This document shows, piece by piece, positions 56,810-64,000 of a stretch of DNA of 64,000 nt (position 1 is its first letter; every line of letters begins with the position of its first letter). Where the stretch lies: assembly GCA_050916045.1 (NCBI GenBank), contig CP051526.1, forward strand, positions 1,888,001-1,952,000, in the 5' to 3' direction. The notes below the pieces were generated by a model. That model had not been told where the DNA came from. It made no database searches and was given only the letters and a program-made list of their open reading frames with translations. The position numbers were made by a program, and so were the translations under genes. The stretch comes from Tepidisphaera sp. GTDB lineage: Bacteria > Planctomycetota > Phycisphaerae > Phycisphaerales > UBA1924.

Positions 56810-58075
56810 TCAACTGGGCGGGCAGGTTAACCGAGCGGGAACCGAACCGGCAGAAACCAATTGAGGTAACTGGGCCGCCGAAAGCAACCCCGTCTTCGCA
56901 CCCACGAGCGACAGGAGCATCTCGCGGCGCACGGGGCCGAAGCGGCACATCGGGCCCATCACCGCGTCGCGGAGCGGAGCGAGCCACTCCTCGTCGGACT
57001 GAAAGATCGGCGTGAGCCAGCGCGAAGCGAGGTGGTAGAAGCGGGTTTGGCTGCGGCGGGCTTGCTCGTAGGTGCGGAGCGATTCCGCGAGCGGGCGGTG
57101 CGTTCGCTCGCCTTCGATGATGGCTTGCGCGAGGGCGGAAGCGTCGAGGAGCGCGAGGTTGGCGCCCTGGCCGAGCTGCGGGCTCATCGCGTGCGCGGCG
57201 TCGCCGATGAAGGCGACGCGGTGGGCGATGGGGGAGGTGAGCACGACGTCGTGGTACGCGGCGGTGATGAGCTGGTCGGTCGAGGTGAGCTGATCCATGA
57301 GCGGAGCGGCTCGCGGCTCGAGCGAGAGGACGCGCTCGCGGAAGGCGGCAAGGCCGGCGGCGCGGAGCGAGGGTTCATCGGCGAGACGCAGGCTCCAGAA
57401 GAGGCTGATGCGACGGGGCGAAGCAGGGTTCAAGCGGCCGGAAGGGAGGAAGCCGAGCATCGTGCCCGTGCCGTCGTACACCTGCGAGAGCGTGTCCGTG
57501 AAGTCGGGCGGGAGGTTGCCGGGGTCATCCGCGATGAACCAGAGGGCGCCGAAGGGGTAGCGAGCGTGGTGCTTGGTGATGCCGAGAGCGTCGCGGACGG
57601 CGGAGCGTGCGCCGTCGCAGAAGACGAGCAGGTCGAAGGGGCCGTGCTCGCGGCCGGCGGCGTCGATGGCGATGGGGGCGGACTGGATCTGGTCGACCGC
57701 GGTGATGGCGATGCCGGTCTTGATCGTGACGCCCGAAGCGGTCGCGGTCTGCAGGAGGTGGGTGAGGAGGAGGCCGCGCTGGACGCCGAGGCCGAACGCG
57801 GTGGGGGCGAGGTCGGCGTAGGCGAGCTTGAGGACGGGCTTGCCGCGGGGCGTGAGGCCGGAGAGACGGCGGATGATCGAGCCGCAGTCGATGATGCTTG
57901 CGGCGATGCCGAGCTCATCGAGGACGGCGAGTCCGGAGGGCTGGAGAAGGAGGCCGGCGCCGACGGGGCTCAGCGAGGGGGCGCGCTCGAGGATGGTGAC
58001 GTGGTGACCCGCTCGCGCGAGCAGCGTCGCGAGAGCGGGCCCGGCCGTACCACAACCGACGATGCCGACGCGCAT
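56810..58075 (-). CDS. FAD-dependent monooxygenase
   Basis: IVGCGTAG, CDGARS, IGDAAHAMSPQLGQGANLAL. Confidence 0.93.
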   Translation of the reverse strand: MRVGIVGCGTAGPALATLLARAGHHVTILERAPSLSPVGAGLLLQPSGLAVLDELGIAASIIDCGSIIRRLSGLTPRGKPVLKLAYADLAPTAFGLGVQRGLLLTHLLQTATASGVTIKTGIAITAVDQIQSAPIAIDAAGREHGPFDLLVFCDGARSAVRDALGITKHHARYPFGALWFIADDPGNLPPDFTDTLSQVYDGTGTMLGFLPSGRLNPASPRRISLFWSLRLADEPSLRAAGLAAFRERVLSLEPRAAPLMDQLTSTDQLITAAYHDVVLTSPIAHRVAFIGDAAHAMSPQLGQGANLALLDASALAQAIIEGERTHRPLAESLRTYEQARRSQTRFYHLASRWLTPIFQSDEEWLAPLRDAVMGPMCRFGPVRREMLLSLVGAKTGLLSAAQLPQLVSAGSVPARLTCPPS

Positions 58076-58144
58076 GAGATGTGATCCTACACGATTTCTC
58101 GTCGCCTGCCGCGGCCCTCGGTGCAGGGTCGTTCATCCTCGCGA

Positions 58145-58876
58145 TCAGATCGCTTGGTTCGCGTCGGGGTGGTAGTGCAGCGGATACAGCACGGCATCCT
58201 CGGCGACGTTGTCGATCGAATCGATGCCCGCGAAACGACACACTCCTCCGAGAACATCGGGCCCGTCCGCGATAAGCCTTCTGCCCCAATCCCTGATGTC
58301 CTGGGCCCATGGCGTGTCCATGACGCTGTCTCCGTCGTGGGTCCACCAGACGACGTTGCCCGCCATCGGTCCGCGCAGCACGAGAAGCCAGCGATCAGGG
58401 CTGAAGTTCGGTCCGGCAAAGGGGATCACATCGTCGAAGGTGTAGGGAAGATCGCTGAACGCGGCTTCGATGCCATCGAAGAACCACTCGGCCAGTTCTT
58501 CGCGGATCGCGGACCATTCGTGAGGGGGATAGACGAGAAGCGAGCCGAGGCAGGCTTGGTACGACGGGTCGTGGAGCTTGTCGCCGCGTTGCAGGCGATC
58601 GATCAGCCGTGAGGCTGTGAACAAGCCGACCCCAACTTCATCATCGATGACGGCTCGGAGCTGACGAACGCTTTCGATGTCGGGGAGGGATGCGAGGGCC
58701 GCGGCGCCGGCTCCGGGGCTGGGTTCGACATCTGAGGTGCGTTCGAGTTGTCGATGAAGAAGCGGGACGCGATATCGAGCGGGGTCCGGCTTTGCTTTGC
58801 GATCGTAGAGCAACCGTTCACACACGAAACACGGAGCGGGATCGAGAATCCAAGGCCAGATGTCGCGTGCGTTCAT
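58145..58876 (-). CDS. Hypothetical protein, possibly SMI1/KNR4-like
   Basis: VIPFA..DRWLL..GNVVWWTHDG..W resembles a SUKH C-terminal half; atypical codon usage. Confidence 0.5.
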   Translation of the reverse strand: MNARDIWPWILDPAPCFVCERLLYDRKAKPDPARYRVPLLHRQLERTSDVEPSPGAGAAALASLPDIESVRQLRAVIDDEVGVGLFTASRLIDRLQRGDKLHDPSYQACLGSLLVYPPHEWSAIREELAEWFFDGIEAAFSDLPYTFDDVIPFAGPNFSPDRWLLVLRGPMAGNVVWWTHDGDSVMDTPWAQDIRDWGRRLIADGPDVLGGVCRFAGIDSIDNVAEDAVLYPLHYHPDANQAI

Positions 58877-59025
58877 GCGAAAGAGGATACCAGAAACGCG
58901 GACTGAAAGAGGTGAAGTGTGCTTGAAGGTTGGTGCGGCGAATGGAAGCCCCGCGATGAAAGGCAAGGGCGTCGCTTGTCGCGACGCCCTTGATCGAAAG
59001 CGATGATGGATGGGTGAGCGGGCGT

Positions 59026-59688
59026 TTACCGCTTGCGGCGGAGGCCGGCGAGGCCGCTGAGGCCGAGGATGGCGAGCGAGCCGGGCGTGGGGACGGCGGT
59101 GCGGAAGATGAGCATTTCGCCCGCGCCCGAGCCGCCGTGGAGCGGGTCGGCGTCTTCCTGGCTACCCAGCCACATCCAGCGGGCGTTGGGGCTGATGCCG
59201 GCGATCGTGCCCCAGGGCTGGGCACCGTTGGGATCGCCGACGAAGGGGTTCTGCCAGAGGTTGTTGGCGTCCGCGAAGCCGACGTGGCCGGCGATCTCGC
59301 CGGTCAGCGGGTGCGGGTCGCCATCGCCGCGGTTGAGGTCGGTGCGGTAGACCTGCCAGCGGGGGTCGCCGCTCATGATCGAGCCCAGCGAGGTGGTGTG
59401 CAGGTCGGCGAGCAGGCCCTGAGCGACGGCGTCGTCGGACCAAGCGGCGATGTAGATGAAGTCGCCGGCTTCGAAGCTGTAGGACTCGGCGTTCGACCAG
59501 TTGTAGCCGCCGGTGCTACCGCCTGCGCCAAGTTCGTTGCCGCCGTGGTAGAAGAAGGCGCTGGCGGTCGAGGAGTAGACGGCGTAGTGGTTGTCGGCGG
59601 TGACGTGGCCGGTGACGAGGTCGGCGTGGGCGGCGGCGCCGCAAGCCGCCGTGATGGTCGCCGCGAAGATGGTCTTGAGATTGTTCAT
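59026..59688 (-). CDS. PEP-CTERM-like sorting domain protein
   Basis: Signal peptide (AAHA-D); TADNHY; C-terminus VPTPGSLAILGLSGLAGLRRKR; AAGGAG RBS. Confidence 0.88.
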   Translation of the reverse strand: MNNLKTIFAATITAACGAAAHADLVTGHVTADNHYAVYSSTASAFFYHGGNELGAGGSTGGYNWSNAESYSFEAGDFIYIAAWSDDAVAQGLLADLHTTSLGSIMSGDPRWQVYRTDLNRGDGDPHPLTGEIAGHVGFADANNLWQNPFVGDPNGAQPWGTIAGISPNARWMWLGSQEDADPLHGGSGAGEMLIFRTAVPTPGSLAILGLSGLAGLRRKR

Positions 59689-59928
59689 GCCTGTCTCCTT
59701 TGTGGACGCGAGCGTGGCCGCTTGCGTCGGTAGGGGAGCATGCCACAGATCTGTCTCGCGGCGCGGGAAACGTGCGTCTCGCGGGCCGGCCTGACGCCGC
59801 GGGCGACGTCCTCAGCGGGTTTGCCACGTGCGCGGCGGGGTTCTCAGACCGGGCGACGCGTTGAGGTCCGATCACATCCCGAGGGGGCCTCATGCAACGG
59901 CATCGACGCAGATCCGTATCATGAGGCA

Positions 59929-60636
59929 ATGAGCGGTACGACGGTGGAGGGCCCGGCCAGCGGCGCGACGGTCACTCCCGTCGCCGGGGAACTCTGTCCC
60001 TTCTGCGGCTACGCGCCGGGTTGCGAGCGTGCGGACCGGTGTCCAGAGTGCGGTCGTGAGCTTGGACGGAGCGCCGAGGTGCTGCGGCGGTTTCGGCGGC
60101 GGCTTGCATGGCGAGCGTCGGACTCCGCCGGGCGCATGCGAGTCGCCAAGTCGATTGTTTTGGTCCTCGCGCTGCTCCTCTCGCTGTTGACGGGTAGCGT
60201 GGAGGTCATGGTTTTGGTTGTCCTTGCGATCGGCATGGTGGTGGGAGCGGGAGCGGTGTTCGGCCCTTTGACTGGAGTGTTCGCCAAGCCGCACGAGCGC
60301 GAAGTCGTCACGTCGGTCTGGCGACGCAATGAGGGATGGCTGCACGTTCCGTGGGTGCTTGCGCCGCTCGCATGGCTCCCGCATGCGATTCTGATTCATG
60401 CGGAAGTCAAACCGCTCGTCCAGTTCATAGTGGCGGTGGTCTATCTGTCGGGGCCGCTGTGGCTCTACGCGCAGTGGCTTGCCAGGATGCTCGGGGATGG
60501 TCGCCGGGCGAGCGTGGGGACGTCAAAATCGCGTCTGGTCGCTGGCATGAGCGGGCTTGTGCTGGTGGGAATGGCGACGGTGCTGGGGTTGGGTGTGATT
60601 CTGCTGGGGATGGTCGTTTTCGGCGGCATCGGGTAA
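59929..60636 (+). CDS. Zinc-ribbon membrane protein
   Basis: CPFCGYAPG..CPECG followed by about five transmembrane helices. Confidence 0.7.
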   Translation: MSGTTVEGPASGATVTPVAGELCPFCGYAPGCERADRCPECGRELGRSAEVLRRFRRRLAWRASDSAGRMRVAKSIVLVLALLLSLLTGSVEVMVLVVLAIGMVVGAGAVFGPLTGVFAKPHEREVVTSVWRRNEGWLHVPWVLAPLAWLPHAILIHAEVKPLVQFIVAVVYLSGPLWLYAQWLARMLGDGRRASVGTSKSRLVAGMSGLVLVGMATVLGLGVILLGMVVFGGIG

Positions 60637-60777
60637 AGGCTGCGCGGGTGGTCGGCCGGGATTCACGTGGTGAAACGGTCGGGTTCGCGTCCTACCATCC
60701 CGCCCGATCGACCCACAGGTTTGTCGCCTCTGGGCTTGTTTATCGACGTTTGACGAAAGAAGAAGGAGATTTAGACC

Positions 60778-61248
60778 ATGGAAACCACCCTCATCATCCT
60801 CAAGCCCGACGCCGTTCAGCGGGGCCTCATGGGCAAGATCATCTCGCGGTTCGAGGACAAGGGCTTGCAGGTGGTCGGGGCCAAGATGATGCAGATCAGC
60901 CAGCAGCTGGCGGCGACGCACTACGAAGCCCACAAGGAGCGCGGGTTCTACGCCGGTCTGGTCAAGTTCATGACCTCGAGCCCGGTGCTCGTCCTCGCCC
61001 TTCGCGGCAACGGCGCGATCACGATCGCCCGCAACATGATGGGCGCGACGTTCGGCAGCAAAGCCAACCCCGGCACGATCCGCGGCGACTTCGGCGTGTC
61101 CAACTCGTTCAACCTGATCCACGGGTCGGACAGCCCGGAAGCCGCCGAGCGCGAGCTCAAGCTCTTCTTCGCCCAGGGCGAGGTGCAGAACTGGAGCCGC
61201 AACGGCGATGCGTGGATCTACGACATGGCCGGCGGGAAGCCGGAATAA
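60778..61248 (+). CDS. ndk: Nucleoside diphosphate kinase
   Basis: ILKPDAVQRGL, PGTIRGDF, NLIHGSDS; AAGGAG RBS. Confidence 0.98.
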   Translation: METTLIILKPDAVQRGLMGKIISRFEDKGLQVVGAKMMQISQQLAATHYEAHKERGFYAGLVKFMTSSPVLVLALRGNGAITIARNMMGATFGSKANPGTIRGDFGVSNSFNLIHGSDSPEAAERELKLFFAQGEVQNWSRNGDAWIYDMAGGKPE

Positions 61249-61295
61249 GCGTGAGTCGCGGGACCCCCGGACTCCACATTGACAGGATCTTGAAC

Positions 61296-61331
61296 CGCCG
61301 CCCGCGCGATCTGCGCGGGCGGCGTTCGTTT
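61296..61331 (+). terminator. Putative intrinsic terminator
   Basis: CGCCGCCCGCGC-GATCT-GCGCGGGCGGCG-TTCGTTT. Confidence 0.65.
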
Positions 61332-61351
61332 CGGGCCGATATGCTCCGGGC

Positions 61352-62419
61352 ATGAGACGCCCGTTTGCCGCTTTCCTCGTCGCCGCCGCGTTCGCACCTG
61401 TTTCGATCGCGTGGGACGCGGCGGGGCACGCGACGATCACCCTTCTGGCGCTGGATCGGTTCAAAGCGACGGCTCAGCCGCCGGCGTGGATCAACGAGGA
61501 AGCAAGCCGTGCGATGATCGCGTGGCAGTCGGGGGAGCCGGACCGGTGGCGTGGCTTGCGGACGCCGACGCTTCGGCATGAGAACGAGCCCGACCACTAT
61601 CTGGATGTCGAGGACCTCGAGCCGTTCGGGCTGACGCTCCGGACGGTGCCGATGCTGCGGAATGAGTACGTCAAAGCGATGGTGATCGCTCGCGAGAAGC
61701 ACCCGGAGAAGTTCAAGCCGATCAATCCCGCGATGGACCCGGCGAAGACGCAGGAGTATCCGGGGTTTGTGGCCCACGCGACGATGGAGCACTACGAGAA
61801 GCTCAGGTCCGCGATGAACACGCTTCGGATTGTGGAGAGCCTTGCGGACGCTTCGAGCGAGCGTCGGAAAGTGCAGATCGAGCAGACGAAAGCGAACATC
61901 CGGGTGGAGATGGGGCTGCTCGCGCACTTCGTGGGTGACACGGCGCAGCCGCTTCATACGACGACGCACCATCACGGGTGGGTCGGGGACAACCCGAAGG
62001 GGTACACGACGGATCGCGGGATTCACGCATACATCGACGGGACGATCGTGGCGTTTCACAAGCTGGGCTACGAGACGCTGAGGGCGGCCGGCGAAGCCAA
62101 AGCGGGGGCGAAAGCGGCGGGGGAGAAGCCGGTTGCGGAGGGTGGAAAGGCGGCGGAGCCTGCGGCCCGTGTAAGCGACATTCAGAACCCATGGTCGGAT
62201 GTGCTTTCGCACGTGGAGCGGAGTTTCGCGAAGGTCGAGCCGCTTTACGAGATGAAGAAGTCGGGCGAGCTCGAGAAGGAGGCCGGCAAGGCGTTCATCG
62301 CCGAGCGGCTGACGGACGCGGGAATGATGCTCGGGGACCTTTACGCGGCGGCGTGGAAAGCCAGCGAGCCGACGGAGGCGCAGATCGCGGACTACCTCAA
62401 GTACGAAGCAAAGCCCTGA
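61352..62419 (+). CDS. S1/P1 nuclease / zinc phospholipase C-like secreted protein
   Basis: Signal peptide then WDAAGH; PDRWR; HYLD; HFVGDTAQPLH; IHAYID. Confidence 0.88.
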   Translation: MRRPFAAFLVAAAFAPVSIAWDAAGHATITLLALDRFKATAQPPAWINEEASRAMIAWQSGEPDRWRGLRTPTLRHENEPDHYLDVEDLEPFGLTLRTVPMLRNEYVKAMVIAREKHPEKFKPINPAMDPAKTQEYPGFVAHATMEHYEKLRSAMNTLRIVESLADASSERRKVQIEQTKANIRVEMGLLAHFVGDTAQPLHTTTHHHGWVGDNPKGYTTDRGIHAYIDGTIVAFHKLGYETLRAAGEAKAGAKAAGEKPVAEGGKAAEPAARVSDIQNPWSDVLSHVERSFAKVEPLYEMKKSGELEKEAGKAFIAERLTDAGMMLGDLYAAAWKASEPTEAQIADYLKYEAKP

Positions 62420-62496
62420 GAGGGCTTTGGCCGGGCACGAAACAGGATTTGGAGTTGGCTTTGGACGTCGGCGGGAGCGGCGAGCCGGCCGCGCGA

Positions 62497-62718
62497 TCAC
62501 TCGGCGGCGGCGATCGGCTTGATCGTGCCTGCGACCTCGGGTCCCTGGTGGACGATCTGGTCGGCGATCTCGCGGCGATGGATTTCGACGTCACGGGGGA
62601 AGTCGAAGGCGATGCGGACGCGCTCGCCCTTGACGGACGCGATCCGGACGATACCGATAGGGTTGCGGGGGTCGCCGATGACGACCTCCTCGCCTTCACG
62701 CCGTGTGATGACGAGCAT
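62497..62718 (-). CDS. csrA: Carbon storage regulator CsrA
   Basis: MLVITRREGEEVVIG..VRIAFDFPRDVEIHRREI. Confidence 0.95.
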   Translation of the reverse strand: MLVITRREGEEVVIGDPRNPIGIVRIASVKGERVRIAFDFPRDVEIHRREIADQIVHQGPEVAGTIKPIAAAE

Positions 62719-63026
62719 AGTTTGGCTCCACCAATTCTCCGTCAGCCCAATCCGTGAGCCGACGCCACCAGCGACAATGTATACCCGATCTTCGGTTTCC
62801 GCCCAAGCAAAACTTCATCTGAAGTACGAATCCCGCCGGCGCTCGGTTCTGGTCAGGGTGTCGGGGCGGCGACAGCGGGGCGTAACCCTCGCCGCAGAAT
62901 CGGTTTGCGGCGGCGTCCGTCATGGAGGCGGAGTTCGGGCGCAGACGACGAATTGTCTGTCGCATTGTCTGTCGCAACAGCGATCCGAGGGCGCGTGAAG
63001 ATGGGATAGATCGGTCGAAGGCGGAG

Positions 63027-63278
63027 CTAGACGGCTTCGACCTTGCGAACCTCGGGGACGTGGGTCTTGAGGTTGCGCTCGATACCCACTTTCAGTGTGA
63101 TCTGGCTGGAGGGGCAGCCGACGCACGCGCCGTGCAAGCGGATGCGGACCGTTCCGTCGGGGGTGAGGTCGATCAACTCGACATCGCCGCCGTCGGACTG
63201 GATCGCCGGGCGGATCAGGTTGATCACCTTCTCCACGCGCTCGCGGACTTCGGGCGTGATGACGGTCGCTTGGCTCAT
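63027..63278 (-). CDS. NifU/NfuA-like Fe-S cluster carrier
   Basis: IRPAIQSDGGDVEL, LHGACVGCPSSQITLKVGIE. Confidence 0.93.
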   Translation of the reverse strand: MSQATVITPEVRERVEKVINLIRPAIQSDGGDVELIDLTPDGTVRIRLHGACVGCPSSQITLKVGIERNLKTHVPEVRKVEAV

Positions 63279-63339
63279 CGGATGACTGTACGCGGGTGCA
63301 TCGCGGCAGGGCGGGCGGAGGGCAATACACTCAGGCCGC

Positions 63340-64000
63340 ATGAAAGCACGCTCCCGCTTGACCGTCATCGCGCTCGCCACCCTTCCCCTTCTCGCCGCGT
63401 GCTCATCCTCGCCGCGGACTCCTGACGACCCGGTCCTGGTCGCTCTGGACAACAAGCAGACGGCGGAGACGCGCGTGCAGGCCGTGAACGATGCTTTCGC
63501 GCGGGCGGTGACCGAGCCGGACCGCGTGGCGGTGCGTTCGGAGCTCACGCCGCAGCTTTGGTCGCGCGAAGCCCTTCCTGAACTGAAGCTTGCAATCGTG
63601 CGCGGGCTTCTGGCGGAGAAGGGCGAGAGGTCGCGGGAGGAGATCCGCGAGGAGCTTCGCCTGAACCTGCCGCTTCAGTCCAGTCGGATGGTCGTGACCG
63701 AGGTGTGCGCTGCGGCGGCGGAGCGTGGCTGGACGGAGTACGTGCCGGCGCTGGTCCGGACGTGGGCTCAACCGGTGCCGGAGATTCCCGATGCGGAACG
63801 GGTGGAGCGAGCGACGCTGCTGACGCTCGTCCCCGGGACGCCGGTTGAAGAGACGGTCTTCTCGGTGTTCATCAACCCGCCGGCGGATACGCCGGCGACC
63901 CGGCGCATGAAGCTCGAAGAGCGGTATCGCCTCGCGGCGTGGGAGGTTCTCTCGCGGCTGGATCCGTCCGGCGCGACGCGGCGGTCGCTTCTCGAGAAAG
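63340..64000 (+). CDS. Lipoprotein with helical (HEAT-like) repeats (3' end beyond the window)
   Basis: Manual translation MKARSRLTVIALATLPLLAA-CSSSPRTPDDPV..; frame reads through toward the window end. Confidence 0.7.
   Translation, partial: MKARSRLTVIALATLPLLAACSSSPRTPDDPVLVALDNKQTAETRVQAVNDAFARAVTEPDRVAVRSELTPQLWSREALPELKLAIVRGLLAEKGERSREEIREELRLNLPLQSSRMVVTEVCAAAAERGWTEYVPALVRTWAQPVPEIPDAERVERATLLTLVPGTPVEETVFSVFINPPADTPATRRMKLEERYRLAAWEVLSRLDPSGATRRSLLEK

Noticed and set aside
60659..60678. parS-like sequence (TTCACGTGGTGAAAC)
   Set aside because: Spacing does not match the TGTTTCACGTGAAACA palindrome.

Overview
GC-rich bacterial chromosome segment, most likely Planctomycetota (Phycisphaerales-like). 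This is inferred from four secreted proteins ending in a 'DFFDYD..F...FE.GC' GC-type dockerin tail, two xPTPG PEP-CTERM-like proteins, several CxxCxYDL..CPEC zinc-ribbon proteins and an ECF sigma/Ser-Thr kinase pair. Housekeeping genes include glnS, a thiolase, pgl, a stand-alone coaB, tmRNA (ssrA), an acyl-CoA carboxyltransferase, panD, mgtE, rpsD, ndk, csrA and a nifU-like gene. Accessory content includes a REP-flanked IS200/RAYT-type tyrosine transposase, several REP-like palindrome families, a dockerin-protein cluster around an uncharacterised HTH protein, three tiny membrane/lipoprotein genes and a ~9 kb array of immunity-like orphan genes. Two signals are unexplained. (1) The + strand switches sharply from C-rich to G-rich at ~38.0 kb; the bias is strongest next to the switch and fades with distance, a palindrome sits at the switch, and two REP families flip orientation across it. 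This is origin-like polarity, yet no dnaA is present. (2) A ~210 nt intergenic element at 20.1-20.35 kb has a long closing stem and internal hairpins and is bracketed by an 11 bp inverted repeat (candidate structured ncRNA). All family assignments come from reading motifs by eye; no database searches or skew calculations were run.
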